Shown here piece after piece: positions 35,862-46,112 of a DNA stretch of 64,000 bases. Below the pieces are notes generated by a model. It ran no database searches. It was not told the DNA's origin and worked only from the letters and a program-made list of their open reading frames with translations. Position 1 is the first letter of the stretch. Each line of letters starts with the position of its first letter. A program made the position numbers and the translations under genes. Origin of the DNA: an uncultured Prevotella sp. (GTDB lineage Bacteria > Bacteroidota > Bacteroidia > Bacteroidales > Bacteroidaceae); assembly GCA_946541195.1 (NCBI GenBank), contig CAMNJE010000115.1, positions 2,392-66,391 of the forward strand, written 5' to 3'.

Positions 35862-37391
35862 ATGAAGATTAATCTGATTGAGTTATTCGAGGAGTCTGTA
35901 AGCCAGAGCCCTCAGAAGGTTGCAGTGATTGATCAAGGCAGAGAAATCTCTTTCTCTGATCTCCGAAAGCGAGCAATAGCCTTGGCTCATAGAATCGTAA
36001 AGGCTCGTGACATCGTGAACAAGCCAATAGCAGTATTCCTTGATAAATCGATAGAGAGTGTTTATGTTGATTTGGGTATTATTTACTCAGGTAATTTCTA
36101 CATGAATCTCAATGTCAAGTCGCCTGCAGGGCATATCAACAATATACTGAAATTAGTGAATCCAATTATCATTATTTCAACAAGTAAGTATATAATAGAC
36201 ATAGCAAGTGTCATTCCTGTTCAGACAGATGTGATTCTACTTGATGATAAAGAGCAGGAAACCACTTTCGATGAAACTTTCCTGATTAATAGGATATCCA
36301 GAATAATAGATACTGATCCCTCATGCATTATCAATACGTCAGGATCTACTGGTACTCCCAAAGGTGTTGTTCTCAATCACAGAAGTTTTTTTGACTTTAC
36401 GGAGTGGGCTATTGAAACTTTTAATTTTGGAAACGATTTGGTGATAGGCTCTCTTTCCCCTATCGTTTTTGATATTTATAGTTTTGAATTGTGTTTGTTG
36501 ATGGCCAAGACGGCCACGTTGGTTGTATTACCAGCCCATAAGGCGATGTTTCCTGCTGAAATACTAAACCAACTTGAACAATATAAAGTGAATTTTCTGT
36601 TTTGGGTGCCTTCCATCATGGTAAATATAGCCAACAAGAACCTTCTGGCCACATTTAAATTGGAATCAATGAAAACTATATGGTTTGCAGGGGAAGTGTT
36701 CCCAACCAAACAGTTCAACTACTGGTATCATCATCTACCCCATGTCACCTTTGCCAATCTATATGGTCCGATAGAAATAACGCTCGACTGTACATATTAT
36801 ATTATTGACAAGGATATTCCTGATGAGGAGCCGTTACCAATTGGCCGTCCATGTCGAAATACAGATATCCTCATTTTGGATAGCGAGAATAGGGCAGTGA
36901 CAAAACCAAATATAGAGGGAGAATTGTGCGTTCGTGGAACTTCACTTGCCATGGGTTATTATAATGACGCTGAAAAGACGAAACTTGCTTTTGTCCAGAA
37001 TCCAACAAACCAATCTTATCCAGAGTTAATATATCGGACAGGCGATGTGGTTTGCTATAATGATGATGGCTTGATAATGTTCAAGGGACGCAGGGATAAT
37101 ATAATAAAACACATGGGTTACCGTACAGATTTGGGCGAGATAGAGCATGTCATAATTAATACATTGAAACTTGTAAAAAATGGTTGTGTAGTATATAATC
37201 AAAAGAACAAGGATATTACATTGTTCTACGAGGCAGAGCATGAAATATCTGCTTCTGATTTCCGCAAAGCGATTGGACAACTATTACCCAAATATATGAT
37301 ACCTTCAGTTTATCATCATTTGGATTCTCTTCAACGTAATACAAATGGCAAAATCGACAGGTTGTTCTACAAAAATTCTGTGAATGGATAA
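35862..37391 (+). CDS. Stand-alone amino acid adenylation domain protein (DltA-like)
   Basis: 509 aa; NTSGSTGTPKGV, FDIY, FAGEVF, NLYGPIE, YRTGD, GRRDNIIKHMGYR, NGKIDR. Confidence 0.9.
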   Translation: MKINLIELFEESVSQSPQKVAVIDQGREISFSDLRKRAIALAHRIVKARDIVNKPIAVFLDKSIESVYVDLGIIYSGNFYMNLNVKSPAGHINNILKLVNPIIIISTSKYIIDIASVIPVQTDVILLDDKEQETTFDETFLINRISRIIDTDPSCIINTSGSTGTPKGVVLNHRSFFDFTEWAIETFNFGNDLVIGSLSPIVFDIYSFELCLLMAKTATLVVLPAHKAMFPAEILNQLEQYKVNFLFWVPSIMVNIANKNLLATFKLESMKTIWFAGEVFPTKQFNYWYHHLPHVTFANLYGPIEITLDCTYYIIDKDIPDEEPLPIGRPCRNTDILILDSENRAVTKPNIEGELCVRGTSLAMGYYNDAEKTKLAFVQNPTNQSYPELIYRTGDVVCYNDDGLIMFKGRRDNIIKHMGYRTDLGEIEHVIINTLKLVKNGCVVYNQKNKDITLFYEAEHEISASDFRKAIGQLLPKYMIPSVYHHLDSLQRNTNGKIDRLFYKNSVNG

Positions 37392-38082
37392 AATTATAAT
37401 CATAACGGGTACACGCAAGGGCATTGGAAGATATCTTGCAGAGCAGTATCTTGAAGAGGGAGATGTTGTATATGGATGCAGTCGCAGGAACTGTGATCTT
37501 GAACATCCCAACTACCATCATGTACGATTAGATGTTTCAGATGAAAACGAGGTTGTCAGTTTTGTGCGTCATATATATAAGAATCATAGGCGTATTGATG
37601 TACTAATTAATAATGCAGGCTGTGCATCAATGAACCATTTTTTGTTAACTCCATACGATTCGGCAAAGAAGGTGTTCAACACAAATTTTTTCGGAACTTT
37701 CTTGATGTGTCGCGAGGTGGCCAAGTTTATGGTTAAAGCCAGAAGTGGTCGCATAGTAAATTACTCGACAGTGGCAGTGGCTTTGAATTTACATGGTGAA
37801 TTGGTATATTCTGCATCTAAGGCTGCAATAGAGCAGTTGACTCGTGTATTGGCAGATGAAATCGGAGAAAGTGGTGTAACAGTAAATGCTATTGGGCCTA
37901 CCCCTATAGATACAGACTTGATTAAGAATGTACCAGAAGATAAACTTCAAGATTTGCTCTCTCATCAGTGCATCAAACGGCTCGGAAAGTTTGAGGATGT
38001 GAAGAATGTTATTGATTTCTTCTTAAAGCCAGAAAGTAGTTTTATAACTGCACAAACCATTTATTTAGGAGGAGTCGTCTAA
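37384..38082 (+). CDS. SDR family oxidoreductase (FabG-like)
   Basis: 232 aa; TGTRKGIG, INNAG, YSASK. Confidence 0.9.
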   Translation: MDKIIIITGTRKGIGRYLAEQYLEEGDVVYGCSRRNCDLEHPNYHHVRLDVSDENEVVSFVRHIYKNHRRIDVLINNAGCASMNHFLLTPYDSAKKVFNTNFFGTFLMCREVAKFMVKARSGRIVNYSTVAVALNLHGELVYSASKAAIEQLTRVLADEIGESGVTVNAIGPTPIDTDLIKNVPEDKLQDLLSHQCIKRLGKFEDVKNVIDFFLKPESSFITAQTIYLGGVV

Positions 38083-38083
38083 C

Positions 38084-39421
38084 ATGAACTGGTTTATCGA
38101 AAAAATCAGGGGTGGTATGGACAGGAAGGCAGTCATCTTCTCTGGAAAAGAATATTCTTATGAAATGCTCTATCAAAGTGTCTGTAAGGATTATGAACGG
38201 GTGAAGAAGATGTTTCAGCCAGGTAATGTGATTGCTATTGTATCAGACTATAGTTTTGCGTCCATTTCCCTCTTTTTTGCCCTTTATGAGAATCACAATA
38301 TAATTGTACCTATCACCACTAAAGTAAAGTCGGAAATCGATGATCGCATTAATGTGGCAGGTTGTGACTATGTGGTATCAATCCATGGAGAAGAATGGTC
38401 AATTTCCAAACGTGAGAATACTGATGCTTCCCATCCTTTGGTTGTTCAACTTCAGAAAATATTTCATTCTGGGTTGATATTGTTTAGTAGTGGTACAACA
38501 GGTAAGCCTAAGGCCATGATTCATAATCTGGATAATCTGATAGTTAATTACAGAGAAAAGCGTGGTAAGCGACTGGTTTTTCTCATCTTTCTGATGTTTG
38601 ATCATATCGGAGGCTTGAATACGCTGCTTAATTGCCTCTCAATGAATGTTGAGATGGTGTTTCCAGAAAGCAGAGAGCCAGATCATGTAGCCTATTTAAT
38701 AGAGAAATATAAGGTGAATGTGTTGCCTGCATCTCCTACATTCCTGAACCTGCTGCTGATAGGAGAATGTCAGAATCGTTATGATTTAAATTCGCTTCGC
38801 ATGATAACATACGGAACAGAATCTATGCCAGAGAGCCTGTTGTTAAGATTGAAGGTTGTTTTTCCAAGAGTTAAGTTTCTGCAAACTTTTGGTACTAGTG
38901 AAACAGGTATTTCTGCAACATCAAGTTATTCTTCTACAAGCACTTTCTTAAAAATAGATGATCCAAATACCGAGTATAAAGTTGTCAATGGTGAGTTGTG
39001 GATACATAGTAAAACGCAAATCATGGGTTATTTGAATTCAAGTATGGAACGTTTTACTGATGACGGGTGGTTTAGGACAGGTGATATAGTAGAAGAGAAA
39101 GATGGCTATATTAAGATTATTGGACGTAATTCTGAGATCATCAATGTAGGAGGGGAGAAAGTACTTCCTACAGAAGTGGAATCTGTTATTTTTCAGATGC
39201 CTCATGTCAGTGATTGCATTGTATATGGAGAGAAAAATCCAATTGTGGGACAAATGGTTGTTGCAAAGATTCTATATGACGAAGATATTAAACTATCTGA
39301 ATTGAAGAAATTGGTTACTGCATTTTGTAAGGATAAATTGACTCGCTACAAGATTCCAGCAAAAGTTGTGAAAATGAGTGAGGCTGAATATACTGAGCGG
39401 TTTAAGAAGAAACGAATTTGA
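38084..39421 (+). CDS. Adenylate-forming acyl-CoA/acyl-ACP ligase
   Basis: 445 aa; FSSGTTGKPK, TFGTSETG, WFRTGDIVE, GRNSEIINVGGEKV, YKIP. Confidence 0.88.
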   Translation: MNWFIEKIRGGMDRKAVIFSGKEYSYEMLYQSVCKDYERVKKMFQPGNVIAIVSDYSFASISLFFALYENHNIIVPITTKVKSEIDDRINVAGCDYVVSIHGEEWSISKRENTDASHPLVVQLQKIFHSGLILFSSGTTGKPKAMIHNLDNLIVNYREKRGKRLVFLIFLMFDHIGGLNTLLNCLSMNVEMVFPESREPDHVAYLIEKYKVNVLPASPTFLNLLLIGECQNRYDLNSLRMITYGTESMPESLLLRLKVVFPRVKFLQTFGTSETGISATSSYSSTSTFLKIDDPNTEYKVVNGELWIHSKTQIMGYLNSSMERFTDDGWFRTGDIVEEKDGYIKIIGRNSEIINVGGEKVLPTEVESVIFQMPHVSDCIVYGEKNPIVGQMVVAKILYDEDIKLSELKKLVTAFCKDKLTRYKIPAKVVKMSEAEYTERFKKKRI

Positions 39422-39423
39422 GA

Positions 39424-40188
39424 ATGTTATTTCATAATTTCACGGCTGAAGAACTGTCTGTTGCCCAAAGAACTCTGAAGAGGAATGGGAAGATATTATT
39501 CAATAATCTACCTGTATTGCACGATGTCTCCTTATATCAGATTTCAAAGACAGATGATTCTTTATTGATTAGAAAAAGGGAACATAATTTTTACCGATTA
39601 TTTGTATGTTCCAATAATGATGCAGATATAAAGAAGTCATTAAATTCCTTATATGACGATATTTATCTTCTCAATATACCAACCAAGGAAGATATAATGG
39701 AATCCAAAAGTCTTCTGTATGATTGTGGATTTGAGTTATGTGGTGTTTACAAACGATTTTACAATAAATCTATTGTCCATCGGGATGAAGTTTGTGGGGC
39801 TTTTGCGCATCCGGATGATTTTGACGACATCAAGGCAATGCTTTATGAGACCTTTTCTACATATACAGATTATATACCAGAGGATGAAGAATTGTTGTCG
39901 ATGATAAGTAATCGCCAGGTTTTGGTTAATAGGTATGAGAATGGTCGTGTTGGAGGGTTTGTTATATTTACCATAGAAGCAGCCAGGGGATATATCAACG
40001 TATGGTTAGACAAAACAGGGAATGGCATACCTCTTATGTACAAGACATATAATGTTTTTGAGGAGAATGGTGTCAAATATGTTAATTTTTGGATTAACTC
40101 CCAGAATCGTAATGTCATTGTGCTACATAGGATGATGGGAGCAAAGTCAGACGGTTTGATAGATTATACATTTTTAAAGAATAAATGA
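39424..40188 (+). CDS. GNAT-like acyltransferase
   Basis: ATG 39424 (track starts at TTG 39418); C-terminal half resembles the GNAT fold (VGGFVIFTIE...FWINSQNRNVIVLHRMMG); no diagnostic motif. Confidence 0.5.
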   Translation: MLFHNFTAEELSVAQRTLKRNGKILFNNLPVLHDVSLYQISKTDDSLLIRKREHNFYRLFVCSNNDADIKKSLNSLYDDIYLLNIPTKEDIMESKSLLYDCGFELCGVYKRFYNKSIVHRDEVCGAFAHPDDFDDIKAMLYETFSTYTDYIPEDEELLSMISNRQVLVNRYENGRVGGFVIFTIEAARGYINVWLDKTGNGIPLMYKTYNVFEENGVKYVNFWINSQNRNVIVLHRMMGAKSDGLIDYTFLKNK

Positions 40189-40433
40189 AGAGTGATGTAA
40201 TTATGAGAGAAAAAGTTATTGAAATTCTTGATGGCCTGAGGCCTGAGTTTGATTTTTCAGAGGATGTGAATTTTATTGAAGAAGGAATGCTTGATTCACT
40301 AGATTTGGTGAACTTAGTTGATAAACTTGAACAAGAGTATTCGATTGAAATTGATGGCCTCGATATCGTTACAGAGAATTTCACGTCTCTGGAAAGCATC
40401 TTGAATTTATTGAAGAAGTGTGGCGCAAAATAA
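40185..40433 (+). CDS. Acyl carrier protein (DltC-like)
   Basis: 82 aa (alternative start 40203); FIEEGMLDSLDLVNLV, DIVTENFTSLESI. Confidence 0.88.
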   Translation: MKSDVIMREKVIEILDGLRPEFDFSEDVNFIEEGMLDSLDLVNLVDKLEQEYSIEIDGLDIVTENFTSLESILNLLKKCGAK

Positions 40434-41439
40434 TTTAGATGATTCTTGTATGACGCATCCTCCGAAGGTTTCAGTAATCGTGCCAATCTATAATGTCCAG
40501 GATTATCTTCGGCAGTGTTTAGACAGCGTTATAGGACAGACTTTCTCAGACTATGAACTGATTTTAGTCGATGATGGAAGTACTGATGGAAGTGGCTTAA
40601 TATGTGATGAATATGATAACAAAGACAAAAGAGTCAAGGTTATCCATCAGGAAAATGCTGGTTTGCCAGCGGCAAGGAAAGTAGGGATAGAGCATTCACA
40701 GGGTGAATACGTTCTGTATGTGGATGCTGACGACTGGGTGGACGACAACCATTTAGATATTTTGGTGCGAAAGGCAGAACAAGAAGAAGCAGATGTCGTG
40801 ATTTGTGGATTCTATTTTGAGTTTCCTCGAAAGCAAGTGAAGTCCGTCAATAGTCCTGCCTCATTAACTGGTAAAGGTGTCATCATTGAAAGTTTCAAAA
40901 ACTCAATTCATGCAGGCGTTGTCTTTAAGTTGATAAGGAGGTCATTATTTACTGATTACCATATATCATTCCCTAGGTACAACTATTTTGAAGACATGTA
41001 TTTGTCAACAGGACTCTTGTTGCATACGGAAAAGATTGCTTCAACAGGCTGTTCGACTTATCACTATAGGTACAATCCTTTATCGCTGACAAATATACAT
41101 AATCCTTCTATAAGGTTTGAGAAGTACTATGAATTTATCCATAATATGGAAGACCTTTCGGAAAAATACGCTCTGTTGGATGATAAGGAATTGGAAGATG
41201 CATTCTACGACTTAGTCAATAGGAATAAGATACTTTTGTTGGAACTGCCATTTAGTTCGGGGAGAGATATTCGTCGTGCTTACGAATGTTTTCCTCATTC
41301 TTGGAAATGGTATAAGGTCGGATTCAGTTTAGTGCGCATGCTCTACTATTTTGCCTTGCGATATCATTATCTAAGAGGTGCTCAGATTTACAAACATGTC
41401 AGGGATATCATCAAAAGAATACTCAAAGGGACTCGATAA
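40420..41439 (+). CDS. Glycosyltransferase family 2
   Basis: VSVIVPIYNV, LVDDGSTDGS, GLPAARKVG, YVDADD; start GTG 40420 or ATG 40450. Confidence 0.92.
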   Translation: MAQNNLDDSCMTHPPKVSVIVPIYNVQDYLRQCLDSVIGQTFSDYELILVDDGSTDGSGLICDEYDNKDKRVKVIHQENAGLPAARKVGIEHSQGEYVLYVDADDWVDDNHLDILVRKAEQEEADVVICGFYFEFPRKQVKSVNSPASLTGKGVIIESFKNSIHAGVVFKLIRRSLFTDYHISFPRYNYFEDMYLSTGLLLHTEKIASTGCSTYHYRYNPLSLTNIHNPSIRFEKYYEFIHNMEDLSEKYALLDDKELEDAFYDLVNRNKILLLELPFSSGRDIRRAYECFPHSWKWYKVGFSLVRMLYYFALRYHYLRGAQIYKHVRDIIKRILKGTR

Positions 41440-41444
41440 AGAAA

Positions 41445-42944
41445 ATGAAGGATCTAATCATATCCAGTAGTGATTACAACCATATTACGCGTATGGTTGA
41501 TGAGGCGGAAATATCTGCCAGATTTGGTAATCAAGTGTATTTCTTGTTATGCAACCGCAATTTCGGCTATTGCGCCTGTAATATGCGTGGCAGTCGTTTT
41601 AAATGTCACCGTTGCGAGCGCTATGTCAAAGGCCTGCTGAAGAAATGCTCGCCAGGAATTAAGGTCATCGAAATGGATCAGCAGACGAAAGCATTGCTTA
41701 GTGAAGAGGTAAACAAGTTGGAATTTGATTATCAAACGATTGATGACATCAAATCAATAGAATACAGGGGGGCTATGGTAGGTATGGGATGCCTGTCAAC
41801 ATACGTCACAAACTATCGGAATAATAATCCTTTAATGGATGATGACTTCAGGTCGTATTTTGACAAGTTTTTGAGAACTGCTTGTTATTATGCCGAATTC
41901 CAATACAGGATGATTAACGAAATAAAGCCTGACAGGATACAACTATTTAATGGTCGGTGTCTGGAGAATAGGGCCGCGTCCGATTTTGCGATACAGCATC
42001 ATATACTCCTAAGGACTTGTGAATTCTGGAAGGTCTTTCCACATTATTTCGTAAAGCACACCTTCTATAACTCATTGCCACATAATATAGAGGACAACAA
42101 AAAACGTATCAATAATTTATGGGCAGATGAATATGTGCCATTTGAGGAGAAAGAAAGATTGGGGAGAAGATTCTTTGAAAGTAAGTATAATCACACCTAT
42201 AGTGGTGACAAAGATTATACTGCTCATCAGGTTGCAGAAAAAATGCCCGATAACTGGGATCGTACTAAAAAGAACTACGTTATATTCAACAGTTCTGAAG
42301 ATGAGTTTTCTGCCGTAGGTGAGGATTATGATCAGGGCAAAGTATTCCATTCCCAGTATGAGGGTATCCTACACATCGCAAATCTGTTAAAGGATCGGTC
42401 AGATATTAATGTATATCTTCGTATTCACCCCAATTTGAGCAAGATAAAATATAAGTATCATACGAAACTGCTTGATCTGGACCACCAATATAAGAATTTC
42501 TTTGTCATTCGTGGAGACAGTGATATTTCTTCGTATGCTATCATGCGTGAGGCTTTTCGCGTTATCACCTTTGGATCGACAACAGGCGTTGAAGCATCCT
42601 ATATGGGTAAGCCTGTCATTGCCTTATGTCGCAATTGGTTTTCTTATGTTGATGTCTGTTATGACCCTACAACGATAGAAGAAGCAGAACAATTGATTTT
42701 AGCAGAGGACCTAACTCCTAAGCCACAGATTAATACGATTAAATTTGGGTATTACTGTATGAATCTCTCACTTCCGAGTTTCTCTTTCTTTGACTATAAC
42801 ATCAATGATTTTACTATCTTCGGAAGAAAGTTGCGCCGATATGCCCTGGCAAAATATCTGGGTTCTACTACGCTGTACGCTTTAGTGGGTTGGGTAGGGG
42901 AGTTCTTATGTAAGAGAGATACGATTCCCGTCAAGGAAAGATAA
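41445..42944 (+). CDS. GT-B fold capsule biosynthesis protein (KpsS/KpsC-like), donor unknown
   Basis: 499 aa; FNSSEDE, YLRIHPN, VITFGSTTGVEASYMGKPVI; Cys cluster near the N-terminus. Confidence 0.55.
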   Translation: MKDLIISSSDYNHITRMVDEAEISARFGNQVYFLLCNRNFGYCACNMRGSRFKCHRCERYVKGLLKKCSPGIKVIEMDQQTKALLSEEVNKLEFDYQTIDDIKSIEYRGAMVGMGCLSTYVTNYRNNNPLMDDDFRSYFDKFLRTACYYAEFQYRMINEIKPDRIQLFNGRCLENRAASDFAIQHHILLRTCEFWKVFPHYFVKHTFYNSLPHNIEDNKKRINNLWADEYVPFEEKERLGRRFFESKYNHTYSGDKDYTAHQVAEKMPDNWDRTKKNYVIFNSSEDEFSAVGEDYDQGKVFHSQYEGILHIANLLKDRSDINVYLRIHPNLSKIKYKYHTKLLDLDHQYKNFFVIRGDSDISSYAIMREAFRVITFGSTTGVEASYMGKPVIALCRNWFSYVDVCYDPTTIEEAEQLILAEDLTPKPQINTIKFGYYCMNLSLPSFSFFDYNINDFTIFGRKLRRYALAKYLGSTTLYALVGWVGEFLCKRDTIPVKER

Positions 42945-42949
42945 AGAGT

Positions 42950-44062
42950 ATGTTGATCTATCTCATCTCCTTTCTCTATTGTATTTTCTTCCACTATGTG
43001 GCATATCGGGTGGATAACAAAACGGCAAAATATGTCCTTGTCTTCCTTCCATTGGTATGGCTTGCTGTTCTGGCGGGCATGAGAGATTATGGCGTAGGGA
43101 CGGATACGATGATGTACTCTAAAGCCTATTTTGATGATGCCCGCCATGCTGATGGTATAGGAGATTTGCTGAACAACAATAATGTCACGATCTCCAATAA
43201 AGGCTACCTGTTTCTGAACTACCTTGGGGCCATGATGATGTCGCATATCTTTATTGAATGGTTTCTCACGGAACTATTGATTCTTGTGTTTACCTATCTG
43301 GCTGTGTTGAAACTATCAAGACAATACACCATCAATCTTGCCGTCTTCTCTATGCTATATCTCTTTGCCTTCTATAATCCCTCGTTAAACCTGATGCGAC
43401 AGACGTGTGCCATATCGATTTGTCTCCTGGCATTTGCTTATCTCCTCGAGAAAAGGACGATTGTGGCTGTTGCCCTGATTCTGTTATCTGTCACATTCCA
43501 CACTTCTGCTGCTATATTCCTCCTGGCATTTGCCTATTACTATCTGAGGGATACCAAGCATAAGACGCTCATTCTTTCCATATTGGTTGTCGGAATGGCT
43601 GTAGGCATCCTGCTTTATTACCAGTTATTAAACCTACTTGGGCAGTTTGGACTGTTTTCCAGGGTATATATGGAGAGATACGGTCTTAATTCCCAATATG
43701 CTGGGGAAAGGGTGCCATACGCTTTTGTGGTCGTGTCCATCACTATTTATATTGGAATTTATCTGAGCCATAGGAAAAAGATTCTGAAAGATAGCGAGCA
43801 TTTCTTCATCCTGTTGATCCATACGACTTTCTCCATTTTGATGATGTTGAATGTGCTGGTAAACACGCTCATCAGGATATCGTATTATTTCTATGCTTTG
43901 GATATCGCCTTGATGGCTGTGTTGTTGACTTCAAGGAAAATGTATTTTGGCTATAAAATCGTCTTGCCTACAGTTATCTTCTTGATGTGGCTGTATAATT
44001 TCATGTACCTGAATGGTAATGCGACGTATCCATACAAATCTCAAGTCTTGGGAATATATTAG
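42950..44062 (+). CDS. Wzy/EpsG-family polysaccharide polymerase
   Basis: 370 aa, about 10 TMs; RDYGVGTDT, NLMRQTCA, FHTSA, RISYYF. Confidence 0.85.
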   Translation: MLIYLISFLYCIFFHYVAYRVDNKTAKYVLVFLPLVWLAVLAGMRDYGVGTDTMMYSKAYFDDARHADGIGDLLNNNNVTISNKGYLFLNYLGAMMMSHIFIEWFLTELLILVFTYLAVLKLSRQYTINLAVFSMLYLFAFYNPSLNLMRQTCAISICLLAFAYLLEKRTIVAVALILLSVTFHTSAAIFLLAFAYYYLRDTKHKTLILSILVVGMAVGILLYYQLLNLLGQFGLFSRVYMERYGLNSQYAGERVPYAFVVVSITIYIGIYLSHRKKILKDSEHFFILLIHTTFSILMMLNVLVNTLIRISYYFYALDIALMAVLLTSRKMYFGYKIVLPTVIFLMWLYNFMYLNGNATYPYKSQVLGIY

Positions 44063-44066
44063 TAAA

Positions 44067-45128
44067 ATGGAGAAGTTGCTGACTATTATTATACCAACAT
44101 ACAATATGGAGAAATACCTCCATCGGTGCCTTGACTCACTTCTCGTAAGTAAGGTATATATGGATATGATGGAGGTCTTGATAATTAATGATGGATCGAA
44201 GGATTCTTCTTCTGCTATTGGTCATACATACGAATCCAACTATCCTCGTACCTTCCGCGTGATAGATAAGCAAAATGGTAACTATGGCTCATGCGTGAAT
44301 CGTGGACTGATGGAGGCTTCTGGGAAATTCGTCAAAATTCTTGATGCTGACGACTTCTACCAGACAGCGCATTTAGAACAATTTGTATGTATGCTAAAAG
44401 ATGTGGAAGCAGACCTCGTATTGACGGATATGGTCTTCGTCTATTCTAAAGAGCGGAAGATATACCAGTCATTTGACTTCCCTGCGGATATCGTGCACTC
44501 AGCGACACTGATGGCACATAGCGATTTTATGAATAAAATGGAAATGCATCATGTCACCTACAAGAAAGACGTTCTTGATAGAATCAACTATCAACAGACT
44601 GAGGGCATTTCCTATACAGATCAGGAGTGGATATTCTATCCTATGATGGCAGTGAACTCTATCTCGTACATCCCCATAGACATTTATCAATATATGCTGG
44701 ACAGAGGAGGACAGACGATGGATATGGAGGTTGAAGCGAGATGTGTGGACCATAAGATCACTATCGCCAAACGGATGATAGAATATCTGAAGGAAGGGCG
44801 ATTTGACCATCCTTCTAAAGAAGTCTATGCCAGATGCCGTCTTAGTAGGTTCCTTCGGCTAATATATAAGTTGGTACTTCTATATCAGACGGATAACCAA
44901 TACCGTACGCATCTCAAATTATTGGAAAACATGGATATTATGGTAAAGATCAACTTACCATATTTGTATGATGAATCCAACAGTTACGTCATATCATCAG
45001 AGATTCCGATGAAGTTTGTTAAATACTGGAGGGTGAGACGCTGCAGATATCCCCTGTTTGTGTTAAAGTTACACAGACAGGTTAAGGGATTGGATGTCTT
45101 ACTTAGGAAAATGCATCTGAGAGGATAG
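44067..45128 (+). CDS. Glycosyltransferase family 2
   Basis: ATG 44067; LTIIIPTYNMEKYL, INDGSKD, NYGSCVNRG, LDADD. Confidence 0.92.
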   Translation: MEKLLTIIIPTYNMEKYLHRCLDSLLVSKVYMDMMEVLIINDGSKDSSSAIGHTYESNYPRTFRVIDKQNGNYGSCVNRGLMEASGKFVKILDADDFYQTAHLEQFVCMLKDVEADLVLTDMVFVYSKERKIYQSFDFPADIVHSATLMAHSDFMNKMEMHHVTYKKDVLDRINYQQTEGISYTDQEWIFYPMMAVNSISYIPIDIYQYMLDRGGQTMDMEVEARCVDHKITIAKRMIEYLKEGRFDHPSKEVYARCRLSRFLRLIYKLVLLYQTDNQYRTHLKLLENMDIMVKINLPYLYDESNSYVISSEIPMKFVKYWRVRRCRYPLFVLKLHRQVKGLDVLLRKMHLRG

Positions 45129-45131
45129 GTG

Positions 45132-46097
45132 ATGGTGGAGAAGAATGCACTTATAACCGTTATTGTGCCATGCTATCAGGTAGAGCAATATCTGCCAGCA
45201 TGTATTGACAGTATTCTAAGACAGACTTATCGCCAACTGGAGATACTATTGGTAGATGATGGCAGTCATGATAGAAGTGGGAATATATGTGACGTCTATG
45301 CTAAGAAAGATAGCAGGATCAGGGTGATCCATAAGGAAAATGGCGGTCTTAGTGATGCTCGTAATGTTGCTATTGATCAGGCTAAGGGTGATTGGATTAC
45401 GTTTATTGATAGTGACGACTTTGTAGCAGACTCATATATAGAAGAGTTGTACCAACTGGCTGTTGACAATGGATGTGATTGCGCCGTGTGCCTTTTTTCC
45501 ATGTTTAAGGAAGGTGGAGTGCCCCGACAGTATAATTCCTCTCGACATGTTGAGATTTACAATTCATATAAAGCCGCCAGACAGATGTTTTATCAGGAAA
45601 AGTTTGACAATAACGCTCATTCCAAGTTGTACCATAGGAAACTTTTTGAGAGTGGTATCAGATACCCGAAAGGACTGGTTTTTGAAGATCTTGCCACCAC
45701 TTATAGGCTTCTGCTCCAGAGCAACAGAGTGGTATTTACATCGCAGCACCTCTATTACTATCTGTTGAGAGAGGGGAGTATTGAGGGCAGTTATAGTGTG
45801 AAGAAGATTGATGATGCAATGAAAGTAATGGAGATGATGGATAAAGATATGACTAAGTATCCAATGTTGGAGAAGTCATATCGTTGTAGGAAGTTTAGTT
45901 TTATGATGCACCTATTAATGGGAATCCCAAAGGATGATATGCATCATCAGGAATTAGTCAAGAGGATAAAGAGAATGAGGGCAGATGTCTTGCGGGATAG
46001 GCATGCCAGGAAGAAAGCCCGTATGGCAGCAATATTGTCTTATCTTGGTATAGATATTGTGGAGTTATGTTTCTCATTGGTGAATAAAAGGAAATAG
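45132..46097 (+). CDS. Glycosyltransferase family 2
   Basis: VIVPCYQV, VDDGSHD, ENGGLSDARN, FIDSDD, FEDLAT. Confidence 0.92.
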   Translation: MVEKNALITVIVPCYQVEQYLPACIDSILRQTYRQLEILLVDDGSHDRSGNICDVYAKKDSRIRVIHKENGGLSDARNVAIDQAKGDWITFIDSDDFVADSYIEELYQLAVDNGCDCAVCLFSMFKEGGVPRQYNSSRHVEIYNSYKAARQMFYQEKFDNNAHSKLYHRKLFESGIRYPKGLVFEDLATTYRLLLQSNRVVFTSQHLYYYLLREGSIEGSYSVKKIDDAMKVMEMMDKDMTKYPMLEKSYRCRKFSFMMHLLMGIPKDDMHHQELVKRIKRMRADVLRDRHARKKARMAAILSYLGIDIVELCFSLVNKRK

Positions 46098-46112
46098 ATT
46101 CAATCCGAGGAT

